A stretch of DNA of 64,000 bases. It comes from the human T2T-CHM13v2.0 reference genome, Homo sapiens. The notes beneath the pieces were generated by a model. It had not been told where the DNA came from. It worked only from the letters and a program-made list of their open reading frames with translations, and made no database searches. The position numbers and the translations under genes are program-made. The stretch lies in the NCBI RefSeq assembly GCF_009914755.1, contig NC_060940.1; one strand, given 5' to 3'. This document shows, piece by piece, positions 29,719 to 43,198 of this stretch (the first letter of the stretch is position 1; every line of letters begins with the position of its first letter).

Positions 29719-32700
29719 TTAGAACCTTGGGAAAATTTCTTCCCCCTGAATACAGTATAATAAAGTTGGTTCTTATTTCTCTTTCTCTCCCCCTCCTTTT
29801 TTCTTCCCTCTCCACCACCACATGCATACACACAAATAGACAGATTTGTTTATATTTGACTTTCTAAAAACCTGTTACTAGAAAGGCACATTAATACATT
29901 TCTCCTGTGCTGATAGTAATCAGGCAACTCTGGTTTCTATTGGAGGCAATTTCTTACGTATTAAATGCCAGAAAAAGGGCATCCTTCTGTTTTTGTAGAG
30001 AGCCTTTCTTTATGAAGACTAATGACCACATTAGTTAGTCAGTCAGTCAATAATACTTACCAAATGTCAGTAGAGCAGAAGTGAACACCAACAGAAAATC
30101 ACATTTTACAAATGCAATTTACTTGGTATCCTAACATGCCATGTCATAATAATTATTGAGGCTTTTCTTCTCTGCTGCATTGGTCTAATGAAAGTGGCTA
30201 GAAAAATATGGGTGCCCATGTAGCCTCCTGGAAGCACCTGTATGACTTTTCTAGAAGCGAGGTTCCTGGATAAAGATGAATTTTTAAAAGCTGGAATGAA
30301 TGAGCAGCAATAGCAGAAGGAGAAAAGTGAGTGAGGGCTCTCCAAGAAGCCATCTGGCAGGCTAAGGGTTCTGAGGGAAGCTCTGGTTTCAGAAGCAACT
30401 CAGGAATTACTTCTGTCATATTAGGATGAGATGGTAGGAGATTGGGAACTCTAGGGACTAGAAGTCATTTAATTTCCTGTCTACAATCCTTAGAAGAGGT
30501 TTTGAGACTTGCAACCTAGGACCTTAACTAGTCATCTTCCCTCAGCATTGATAGAATTCTTTATTATACATGTTAATATCAGATTAGTCAGGATGGGCTG
30601 GATTATGCTGTGTTAACAGCCATTCTCTAAATCTCTGTGGCTCACCAGGGAGCTCTGCCTGTCATGGTCACTTGGGACCCAGGCTTTGGGTATAAGGCTA
30701 CAGCACATGGAAAATGTATGAATGTCTCTCAGATTGTTAAAGCTTCAGCTGGAAGTGACATGTCATTCTGCTCACAGTTCATTGGCTAAATGAGTCACGT
30801 GGCTCTCTCTAACTTCAAGGATGGTATGAAATTGCAATCCTACCATGTCTCTAGAAGGAGAACCAGCCCTAATCACAATGCTACATGTTTATAGCTTGCC
30901 TCATAGAGTTTACTGTATTCTCCTGGTATAATTTTCTTACATGCTCAACTGGAGAGGAAGCTCTTAAATAGAAAAAAAATCACAGTAAATTTCCTTTAAA
31001 AGATCTATTTTACAACTCTGGCATGATGGAGCACAATGGAGTCCTTAGTAATGGACTCCATCTCTTCCATCAGATAAAATCTTGAGAACTGAAGTTAAAA
31101 TTTGAATAATGAAACCAAAGGGAAAACAAATTAAATGAATTTTAAGACACTTGAGATAAGAACAACTGTGGCATCAGCACAATTCAATTTAATAATGTAT
31201 TAATTATTTTGCAGAAAAGTGAAAACAAATTGATAGCCAAATCAATGCAGCATTAAGCCACCATTTGGTCTAATTTCTTGCTGAATTGACAAAACAAAAC
31301 ACTAGTTTAGTTATATAAACATGGCTGATGTTTATACAAACAACAGAATTTGCCGGTAGCATTATCACTGGAAAATAAGATGTGTACTTAATTCTTGTAT
31401 GTTCTGAGCCCATCTAGGAAGAACATAAAAGACGAAGAACAAAGCAATCACAGGATGTTATCATGAAAATATCACCTTTGGCTGGAGTAAAGTTTTGGCT
31501 AAATGTGGCACTAGTATTTATTACAGCTCACCTTTTTATAATGAAGGGCTATGGACTGAACATTCTTATTATTTCCCATTTTCTTACCACTCTATCCCAA
31601 CACACATGCACATGCATGCACACACGCACACACACTGGCACCCACACCCATGCATGTGGGACACACAGAGCAGCCTAGGCAATTTCAATTGTTGGCAGCT
31701 TTGCTTTTATTAGGTATTAGTCTACCGACTTGCTTTCTCTTTAGAGAGACTAAGTGAAACCAAACTCATTTCCACCCAGTTAGCCTGCTGGAACCTGTAA
31801 CAGTTACTGTAATGTTAAAAGCAGTAAAACAAAATAAAAACCAGTCAGTTCACTTACTCCCGAAGTCCGCAGTTTGGTGTTCAGCTTTAAAACATATGCT
31901 CTGGGTGTCCTGTGGTGGCTACCAGAGGCTTTGGTGAGTCATTGTCAACCCAGTGGCTAGAGAAGTGCTGGAATGCCCCTCTTAAATACAGAGCCAGTTT
32001 GTCCTTCAGAATGGCTGCTTGAACGAATTTATTGCTCAACTCGAAAGGCCGTTTTTTATAACCCACTGCAGTTGTGCTTCATGTGTTTCTCCACCTATCC
32101 TGTAAAGCGTATTGTGAAATTAATTTTGTAGATTTCCTCACACTGCAGTGACTAGGGAAATCACCCATTCGTTATTATCTAATGAGGAGAAAGTGGAAAC
32201 ATCTAGAAGCACTGCTCCCATCCTCCTCCCCAGCCCACACAGACACCTACCTCAGGCCCTCCCTGTCCCAGGTGAGCAGAGGGCCCCACCTTTGGAGGTT
32301 GCCTCCCTTCCACCTTCACCAATCCTATGACCAGATTATCCCCAAGGAAATGTCAATCTCCAGGCAGCAAGGGAATCATATAAAGATAAGATCATTGAGA
32401 GATTTTTTTTCCTCCGTGATTGGCAGTTTATATTTTCTTGGGTCTACAAATCTGACAGTATTTATTAAATTTTCTAGTTTGATACTGACGTCTGTCTGAT
32501 GCTGGGCTGTCACCATGCCCAAGACTGAGGGGACCCACAGTCTAGCTAGAAGGCATGGATCAATTCCAACTGCCCTACCCCTAGCCTGTGGGCAGGAGAA
32601 AGCTCTCAGGCTCTGGCAGAGGAGTCCCAGGGGCAGGATGCATGATCTTCCACTGTGCCTCCCAGCCATGCTGAGCAGCAAAGCAGACCATGAGCATGTC

Positions 32701-33588
32701 TCCCTTAAATTCATTTGCTTGATTTGTCCTTGAGTGTCCTTGGATGGGTTTGTTCCCTCCTTGTGCAGTATGTCTTGGTCATCCTGATTCCTGGGCTTGG
32801 CTCCCAGGTTGATTCTTTCCCTGACACAAAACAGGCACTATGGGCAAAGACACCTGCAGCCTTGGAGAGACCAGTGATGCTGGATGTTTCCTGTTAGCAC
32901 TCAGGAAAGCTCAGAGCCTTTGATGAGCATCTTTTGATCCATTAGTTAAAACCACGCTGGGTTCTTTATAGTGGTTAGTTAGCTCTGGGCTATGGGATTG
33001 TGGAAGACATTTATTTCTTCTTTGGATTCACCTGGATTTTCTGCAACGGACATGTATCGATAAAATACACGGTGCTTTTAAGAAATTGCCCCATCATCAT
33101 GTTGCTGTTGTTGTTATTGATATTGTTGTTTCTGATGGATAGAGATCTAGGCCTGACACTCCAAGCAGTGTGAACAGCATTTACCTTGATAAGCATTCTT
33201 ACATCTTAACTCTCGGGAATTTTAAATAGAAGTGTTCCGTGTGATTAAATTAACAGGTTTAGAGATGAGTGTCCTGGTTATTTCCTTTGTTCTCCTCCTG
33301 GTAGCTGCCTGCACTCACAGCATGTTGGGAATGGTGATTATAAATGTAACCATGCTCTCTTCTTGTAAGTGGAGAGCCCAGGTACCTCTTATCCAGCATG
33401 TGACCCTCTTTCTACCTCAGGATAGTCATACTCTTAGGCTTCCTGGATTTATTCAGGGCCAAGGAGTGGTCAAGGTCCTTTTTGTTTTGCCCTATTCCCT
33501 TTGGAAAACATTTAGTTTATGCCCATGTTACAGATTGCAAAATACAGGCACATATTCTCACTAATGTGGTCTGCATGTCCCTTTGCAA

Positions 33589-33820
33589 GGATCACGAGGT
33601 CAGGAGATGGAGACCATCCTGGCTAACACAGTGAAACACAGTCTCTACTAAAACATACAAAAAAAAAAAAATTATCTGGGCGTGGTGGTAGGTGCCTGTA
33701 GTCTCAGCTACTTGGGAGCCTGAGGCAGGAGAATGACGTGAACCCAGGAGGCAGAGCTTGCAGTGAGCCTAGATCGCACCACTGCACTCCAGCCTGGGCA
33801 ACAGAGAGAGATTCTGACTC

Positions 33821-33856
<36 letters not shown>

Positions 33857-33857
33857 G
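33589..33857 (+). mobile_element. 5'-truncated AluY-like element
   Basis: Starts at GGATCACGAGGTCAGGAGATGGAGACCATCCTGGCTAAC; (GAAAA)n tail. Confidence 0.88.
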
Positions 33858-34634
33858 GAGCCTCTTTGCCTCTTTACCCTAATCTGGGCAAGCCTTGCAA
33901 CCTGATTTGCCAAAAAAATATGAAGGAAGCAATGTGATGTGATTTTCCAGGCTAGAATGTAAGAAGCCTTGGAGCTTCTGCTTTTACTGTCTTCAGATGC
34001 TGCCTGAAACCACTGTAAGAAGCTCTAACCTACTGGAGGATAAGGGGTGAGCCCAAGAGCATCAAGGCTCCCATCAACAGCCAGTCCTGTGAGTGAGGCC
34101 ATCTTGGACCTGCCAGCTCAGTAAACCCTTTTGCTGAACACAGCCCAAGGAAGGAACCCTTGCAAAATGAAATCGTGTGGTCAGTTTGCGGGGTGGTTAT
34201 TACACAGCAGTAGATGATTGAAAAGGCCCAGTGTCTTCCTGGGGACTGAAACACCCACCTCCTGTTCATGTTGATACACGGTGAGCAGCATATGGATGTG
34301 GGAGTGGTGTTGGTTGCAGGTGAGGTAGAGAAGCAGTGAACAGAGCACGAAGACCTGATGTTCCAGGGTCGGGAGTTTAGACTTGATCCTAACAGCGGCC
34401 ATAGGCGGATTTAGGCAAGAGAGTAACGTGGTCAGATTTTCATTTTAGAAAGTTACTCTGACATCCATGTGGAAAATGAACTTGAAGGTCACAAGGCTGA
34501 TGGAGCCAGGAAGACCATTTGGGAGGTGATTGTAGTAATCTACTTACGAGTTCATTACGAGCTGGGGAATGGGGAGGTGTTAGAGAAGAGAAAATGGATT
34601 TGAAGAGCTGAGGGATGTTAAAAAGGCAAAACTG

Positions 34635-34938
<304 letters not shown>

Positions 34939-36289
34939 CGGAAAATTGTTGGGACTTGTAATTAATTGGGTGAGGAAACTGAGTGGCAAATGGTCTCAGC
35001 TCTACACATGGAGAGCCCTGGGGACATAGGGAGAGCATATTTGGAAGGAAAGATGATAATGTTAGTTCTTAAAATTTTGTTTGTGGAGGAGACATTCAGA
35101 CAGAGAATTCTGTTGGGCAGTTTTATGTAGAGAACTACATCTAAAGAGGTCAGAAGTGAACTTCAATAAAATTGAGGTGACCAATGATCATCAGTTTTAA
35201 AGAGGACATATTTTCTTTTTCTGTTAAAGGGAACACACCTATGAGTCAGAAAGCCAGACTTTTATTTTTTCTCGCCAAAAGTTATTGTACAACCTACAGA
35301 AGAGAGTGTAAACACTGGTCTTTAAGATGAATTGTAAAGCTCTAAAGAGAATAAGAAAAATTGCGTTTCATGATTTATGATGGATAACATTTTAGAGTTG
35401 ATTTCATAAGAGAATTCGTTAAGCCAATAGACAACCATGGCATTTTAACTGTAGTGTTTAAGTATCTTTAGCTCTGATTTTTTAATTAGCAGAAGCAAAT
35501 AAAGAGAGCTTCGTTTTAACCATGAGAAATCTCTCTTCTGTATTTCATGTGACTAAATTTGTCCAGACGCTGAAGTTCAAATAATCACAGTGATTGCCAA
35601 TATAATGGTTAATTTCCTGAGAAGTAAGTTCATACTTTGCCACAGTTTGCTCCCCTGTAAGATCAGACAGAAAAATAAGAATAAAACCGACTAATAGCTA
35701 TTGATTGCCTCTGGAACAGCTATCAATATAAAGAGCCAGACAAAACACATAATAAAGAATTGTGTTAGTGCCAGAGAGACTTTAGAGATCATTTGCCCAT
35801 CTCTTTACCTTCTCCCACTTGTTTCTGTCCCTCCACCCCACCAGCTCTGATACAGACACACAGGATATTAGCAAAGGATAGTATTTGTTGAGAGCCTTTT
35901 GCGTGTCAGGCACTGCTTCTAAACGTTGTATAATACCAGCTCATTCAATCTTCAAATCAATGCTATACAGTAGGTACTCTTCTTCTTTTTTTTTTTTTTT
36001 AATTTTACAGCTGAGGGACTGAGGTATGGAGAGGTTAGGTAACTTGTTCGAGGACACCAAGCCAGTCAGGGTGCCACTGGACCTAAGACAAGGTAACCTG
36101 GCTCTGAGACCAACCCCACAGAGAAGTATGTGGATGCTGACAACACTGTAGGAAGTTACAAGGAGCAAAAGAATAGCAGCCTCAGCCCTGAATTCCACTG
36201 TAAGCTTCCCTCTAATCTTCCCTGCCTCACTCTCAATCAAATAAAGAGCTGATCAGGAAGCAACTATGCACGGTCTCCACAGTCTCTTA

Positions 36290-36988
36290 TCTTAACCCAG
36301 ACTCTCCTTTCTATTGATAGCAGGTCTGTAGATAATAATTCTTTCAACCAATTGACAATCAGAAAATCTTTGAATCTATCTATGACCTGTAAGCCCCATT
36401 ACTTTGAATTTTCCTCCTTCCAGACCAAACCAATGCAGACCAAACCAATGCAGAACTCCTATGTGCTGATGGTGGTCTTACATTTCCCTAAGTTTCTGCC
36501 GACTAAACTGTGCACACGTTCTCAGGACCTCCTGAAGCTGCGTCACAGGCACTAATCAAAGAACACAACCAAGGTGAGTCTCAATCATTTCAAGAAATCT
36601 ATTTGCAAGGTTAAGGACACACCTGAGAAAAGAACAGAGAACCACAGGAAAAACTGTGGTCCGTGCTTTTCGCAAAGGTTGTCTGGGGACCTCAGTAAGT
36701 AAAGGGGAAAAGTGCGGGTATTGGGGAAAGGGGAAGAAGTGGAAAAAATGGGTGTGGGTAAATCAGAGGCAAATGGTTGCATTCTTCTGTCTTTGGTCAG
36801 CGTTCACTGAATACACATTTTGCATGCGATGGAGGTAGAGGCAGGGATGTAGCTTTTTTGTCTTTGTGTAATAGCTATCTTATTTAGGAACCAGATGGGA
36901 AGCAGGTTTGCATAAGCCAGTTCCCAGCTTGGCTTTTCCCTTTGGCTTAGTGAGTCTGGGGTCCCAGGATTTATTTTCTGTTCTCACA
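36290..36988. mobile_element. MER4-group ERV1 LTR fragments (a + piece at ~36290-36550 and a - piece at ~36575-36988)
   Basis: CCAGTTCCCAGCTTGGCTTTTCCCTTTGGCTTAGTGA..GATTTATTTTC matches the reverse of the MER4 LTR start. Confidence 0.7.
36424..36573 (+). ncRNA. Putative lncRNA exon (150 nt), LTR-derived
   Basis: Strong acceptor TTTTCCTCCTTCCAG|ACC, consensus donor AAG|GTGAGT. Confidence 0.65.
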
Positions 36989-37449
36989 GGTTGTGGTCCT
37001 CACATTTGGCTCAAAATATTCAAATTTTTTCCAGAGTTTGGCCTTTTCTTCAGCACTGGGAATTGTGATCCAAAGCTTTTCCTGATGAAGCACAAAGTTG
37101 GAGAAAAAAAACGCAAACTAAACAACAACAATGAAACAGAACAGAGTGAATCTGCTGTAGCTCAAGAGAGGACGTAGCTGCCCCCACTCCGCATCCCCGG
37201 GCTCGGGTTTGCCTTGCTGACCTCTGCTGCCACCTGGTGCCGCACAGAGAAACTGAGGAGAAACCACATCAGTCTCCTTCAGCCTCAGCTTCACATCTGT
37301 GGGTCAAGTAACCCTTTCAGAAGCTGAATAATGTGGGAAAGCTTTCCTCTCAGGAAAATGCACACATCCAACTTTGAGAAGATGCCCTTGGGGGCGCTTC
37401 AAGGATTCTAGATAATAACCCCCTTTCCCGAACATCCAAGAACCTAAGA

Positions 37450-37746
<297 letters not shown>

Positions 37747-38084
37747 CAAGAGCCCAAGTTTTAGATCTAGAGTGATGTCAGCATGACATTGATTTCCTGA
37801 GGCCCAGGGGCGAAGGAGCTGAGGACAGCAGAGGGGTGAAGGAACTCAGCTACAGACAGCAGCAGCTGATGCACAGGCCTCCCAGCGCCTGAAGTCACCC
37901 GGAATTGGGAAGTGCTCAGAAGCTTACAAAGCTGCCTCGAGGTGGGAACATGACATAAATCCAAGAGCAGATCCCTGATCCTATAAAAATGTACTAGATG
38001 CAGTGGGGGCATTTTAAATGAGCAGAGAAGGACAGACAGATAAACAGAAGGACAAACAGTATTGGGATTGGGATAAATGCTCAG

Positions 38085-38912
38085 CTTTTGCCCAAATCTT
38101 AGTGACTTAAGCATCACTTATTTGCTCACGATTCTGTGGCTGGACCATTTGGTTTGGCTCACAGGGCAGGGACTGTGCTGGTCTTACCTGAGCAGACCTG
38201 CATGTCTGCGGTCAACTGGGTTGGCAGAGACAGAGTGACTGTCTTCCTCCAGGAAGCAGCAGGTTAACTGGTTGGCAGAGACAGAGGGACAGAGGGACTG
38301 TCTTCCTCCAGGAAGCAGCAGGTTAACTGGTTGGCAGAGACAGAGGGACTGAGGGATTGTCTTCCTCCAGGAAGCAGCAGGTTAACTGGTTGGCAGAGAC
38401 AGAGGGACAGAGGGACTGTCTTCCTCCAGGAAGCAGCAGGTTAACTGGTTGGCAGAGACAGAGGGACTGAGGGACTGTCTTCCTCCAGGAAGCAGCAGGT
38501 TAACTGGTTGGCAGAGACAGAGGGACAGAGGGACTGTCTTCCTCCAGGAAGCAGCAGGTTAACTGGTTGGCAGAGACAGAGGGACTGAGGGACTGTCTTC
38601 CTCCAGGAAGCAGCAGGTTAACTGGTTGGTAGAGACAGAGGGACTGAGGGACTGTCTCCCCCCAGGAAGCAGCAGGTTGGCTCTGTTTCCTTCGTGGGGC
38701 AGCTGGTCTCCAGGGCAGCAAGAGAGACCAAGCCCCAGTGCACATTCTACAGCCTCTGTGCACATCAGACTTGTTAATATCCCATTGGCCAGTGTAAGTC
38801 ACATGGCCAAGCCCAGATTAAGGAGTGGAAAGATGGAGGCTATCTCCTCCTGGGAGAGGAGGCCAAGGAGGTGGGAGTATTATGTGGCCACTTATGTTTG
38901 CAATCTACCATA
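38085..38912. mobile_element. MLT1-type LTR hosting a minisatellite
   Basis: CTTAGTGACTTAAGC..TTATTTGCTCACGATTCTGTGG; AAGTCACATGGCCAAGCCCAGA; GCAATCTACCA end. Confidence 0.65.
38219..38678. repeat. 59-bp VNTR, ~8 copies
   Basis: Unit GGTTGGCAGAGACAGAGGGAC(A/T)GAGGGACTGTCTTCCTCCAGGAAGCAGCAGGTTAACT; starts at 38219 (51-bp), 38270, 38329, 38388, 38447, 38506, 38565, 38624. Confidence 0.97.
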
Positions 38913-39569
38913 ATTAGCACTTTGAGAAAAGAATTAACTGAGAAACTTGCTTCAAATAGGGCATTCAGTAAAATGAAGCCCCAATTGAAGTAAAATGCAT
39001 ATATAAAAAATGAAACTGTGACCGATTTTAAGGACAGTATTGGCAAATATTTCTGTGCTCTTGGAGGAGAAGACCCTTATTGGCATGACATGTCAGAAAC
39101 CACAATGAAAGAATTATTTTAACTTGCATTCATAAAAATTAAAATTATTCATTAAAAACATCGTGAATGAAATTAAAAGTCAAAATGTAAGCCAGAAAAT
39201 TATTTACAATGTATGTGTCAGGAAAAGACAATACCCTTCAAACTTTGAGAGTTTACATCAGAAAGAAAACAGCAAATGACATGATCCAAACTTGATAAAG
39301 GACATGAAAAAGAGCCAGCACTTAGTATGTTTTCTGAATGAATAAGTAGCCAACAGCACATGAAAATGCGTGTAATCCATTTGTAAGCAGAGAAATGCAA
39401 ACTAAAACAGTAAAGTGTCATTTTCATTTCCTGGATTGGCAAAGGGTTTTATGTATTTTACTGATAGTGCTCAATATTAGCAGTAAACAACAAATGGTGA
39501 GTAAATATGAGCTTCGGAACCTCAGGGAAATGATCTCCTTATTTCAACCTGTAGATTCCTTCCTACAAC

Positions 39570-40580
39570 CAGTGTCTACAGAGCACCTACTATGTGCCAG
39601 GCACAGCCTAAGTCCTGAAGGTGTAGTCTCCACTGAGAAGGTGATATTTGCACAAAGACCTGAAAGACAGGAGTGAACTGTGTGGATAACTGTGGGTACC
39701 CCTACAGGCAGAGGAGTAGCAATGTGGGTCCCAAGGTGGGACCACATCAGACATGTTCGAGGACTAGCTGAGGGAGAGAGGTGGGAGGTCAGAGGAGATG
39801 GGGGCCGGCTCTGCTGGCCATCACGAGCACTCTGGGTGCAGAGGGCGAGAGGTGGAAGGTCAGAGGAGATGGGGGCCGGCTTTGCTGGCCAACACGAGCA
39901 CTCTGGGTGCTGAGGGCGAGAGGTGGGAGGTCAGAGGAGATGGGGGCTGGCTCTGCTGGCCGTCACGAGCACTCTGGGTGCTGAGGGCAAGAGGTGGGGA
40001 GGAGGTCAGAGGAGATGGGGGCTGGCTCTGCCGGCCAACACGAGCACTCTGGGTTTTCCTCCAAATGCTATGAGAGCAGGGGAGTAACCTGGTCTGACTT
40101 GGGTGTGAGCAGATCTCTCTGGTTGTTGTTCTGGAAAAAACTGAGGTGCCCACGTGAAAGCAGAGATCGGTTAGGAGGCTGCTGCAGCAATTCAGGCAAA
40201 AATGGGTGGCGGGCCTCGGGTGTAGTGGAGGAGAAGCGATCGGATTTTGGATATTTGTAGCTCCCCCAATACGATTTCCTGGAGAAGGAGATGACTTCAA
40301 TCTTCTGGCCTGAGTAGCTGAAAGGATGAAGCTGTCCTTCGTGGAGGTGGGGAATCCACAGAGAAGCGGGTAGGGAGAGAGTATCAGGAGCTCAGTGTTA
40401 GCCATGGATGTTCGAGGGGAGGTATTGAGCAGCTGATAGAGACACAGGCCTGTGGTCCCAGGAAAAGGTCTGGGGGTCACTAGCCCATGGATGGAGTCAC
40501 AGGCTGCATAGACTGCAGGAAAGCGAAGGTGGAGAGAGAAGAGCAGAGTACCAGGATGGACCATTGAGCACCCTGGTGTT
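39570..40580. mobile_element. L2 fragment
   Basis: GAGCACCTACTATGTGCCAGGCAC; GGTTAGGAGGCTGCTGCAGCAATTCAGG; CTGGCCTGAGTAGCTGAAAGGATG. Confidence 0.7.
39776..40054. repeat. 71-bp VNTR, ~4 copies
   Basis: Units start at 39776, 39847, 39918, 39989 (GAGAGGTGGGAGGTCAGAGGAGATGGGGGC...). Confidence 0.95.
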
Positions 40581-41315
40581 GAGAGCAAGTGGCCTCTAGT
40601 CAGAGTTGGGTCAGGGCCACTGTGAGTGGGCTGCCCCCAACATGAGTCGGCTGTCTAGGACTAGTTTATCTCTGCTTCTCACTTTACTGGTATTATGGGG
40701 CAGCTCCTGCTGTCTTCCAATTTGGTGTTTGTAAAATGAGACATAAAAAGCAGGTGACAAGGATACCAGGAAGTGCACAGGTCTGAGTGGAGTATGGGGC
40801 TGTCTCCAGGGGAGAGGTGGCTGTTTGGAGGGAAGGGTGACAATGGATAATCAGGGTCCATGGGCATCCCTGCTTGTTTTGGAGCCATGGACACTCAAAT
40901 AATGTGATTTTATGAGGCTATTGGAGAAAAAATTGGCCACAGGGCCAAGAGGGCTGGGAGGACCCCAGCTCTCCGACTGGTGTTTGCTTCTCTGCCATCA
41001 GGGTCGGGAGGCCATGCCAAGCATTGTGATTTGCAGAGTCCATGAGACAGGAACACTCCCACCACAGTGACCTGCCTCTGCACACAGCCAGAATGTAGCT
41101 GACTCCTTTCTTCTCCCACTTGCATGCTTCCAAGCCTTCAAAACATACTCATCTCCATGTTCTGTGAATTAGCAATTTTTAAAAAAATAAAAAAATAAAC
41201 AAACTCATCTCTGAAGGTCCAGGTGATTTTTATGTTTTACAGAAAGTTTTGTGAAGAGATGACAGAAAGGGTTATATCACATCCACACAGCAATAACTCC
41301 TCAAAAGCAACTTTT

Positions 41316-41892
<577 letters not shown>

Positions 41893-41897
<5 letters not shown>

Positions 41898-41948
41898 CTC
41901 TGTCTCTGTCTGTCTCTCTCTCTCTCTGTCTCTTTCTCTCTCTCTGTG

Positions 41949-41979
<31 letters not shown>
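41893..41979. repeat. (CT)n(CA)n compound microsatellite
   Basis: Direct observation. Confidence 0.92.
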
Positions 41980-43139
41980 ACTTATAAGCATCTCTTGTTT
42001 CTCCTAAAATTACCCTTCTAGCATTAGCTGTCCCATTAAAATTCTAATAGGCTTTTTTGTGGACATCTGCAAATTAATTATAAAATTTATATGGACATGC
42101 AAAGGGCCAAGTAAGGGCCCTTAAAAGGGACAAAAATGGGAGAAATTACTAGATACCATGGCTCACCATAAAAGCTGCCTTGATTAAGACAGTGTGGCAG
42201 TGGTCAGCAAACAGTGGTCTGCCCCTGGGCCAACTCTGCCCACCATCTGTTTCTGTATGGCCCATGAAGCAAGAATGATTTTTACATTTTTAAATGGTTG
42301 AAAATAATTGATTGGTGGGGACAATGCTGGTGGAGTCTGAAGTTGTCATGCAGTGACTCACTCAAGGTTAGGCAGATTTGGTGATATATGACACAGAGAT
42401 GCAAAGAAATGCTGTAGCTGACACACACAGGGTGGCTCTGGGAGATGCAGAAGGAGCATGTCACCCAAAATAGAGCCAGATAGACATCTTTAAGGAAGGA
42501 GCAAAGGGGCTGCATCTTAAAGAATGAAGAAGGGATTTGTCATGAGAGATGGGGCAGGAAGTTCTTGAGAGGCAGAGGGAGAGCATGAGAATGCTGGGAA
42601 GGGAGGAGAGATTCTCACACATCTGGGAAGCTGACAATTCATCAGCATGTCCGGAAGGAAAATAAGGAGGAGGAGCAGAAATAGATGAGGCTGGATATAG
42701 AAGCAGGGCTGAAGCTGTGTTGATCGTGGTAAAGAGTTGTGATTCTATCCAGAAGGCAATAGGTAGCATTCTAAACAGAGATCTCTTAAAACAAGAGTCA
42801 GCAAATATTTTCTGCAAAGGGCTAAATGTTAAATATTTTAAGTTTTCCAAGCCATATGGTCTCTCTCTTAATGACTCAGGTCTTCCATTATACCATGAAA
42901 GTAACCAGAGACGTTATATAACACATGTATTGGCTGTGTCCCATTACAACTTTACTTACAAACGCAGACTGTGTCAGACCTGGTCCATGCATGGTAGTTT
43001 GCCACACCCTGTTTTAGAAAGCTCAGGTTTATGATGTGATGGAGAATGCCTACAAGAGCTCTTGTTTTAAATGGTAGAGTGAAGATACACTGGAATTCTA
43101 TCCTGCTTGACCCAAGCTCTTGATAGCGAAAGGTAGAAA

Positions 43140-43198
43140 AGATAGATAGTAAATAGATAGATAGATGATAGGCAGGTAGATAGATAGATGATAGATAA
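43140..43198. repeat. Degenerate (GATA)n
   Basis: Direct observation. Confidence 0.85.

Noticed and set aside
38219-38678. Tandem arrays as CRISPR-like loci
   Set aside because: No unique spacers and no cas genes; these are eukaryotic minisatellites.
39860-40588. 242-aa minus-strand ORF
   Set aside because: It lies in L2 plus VNTR sequence and has no recognisable domain.
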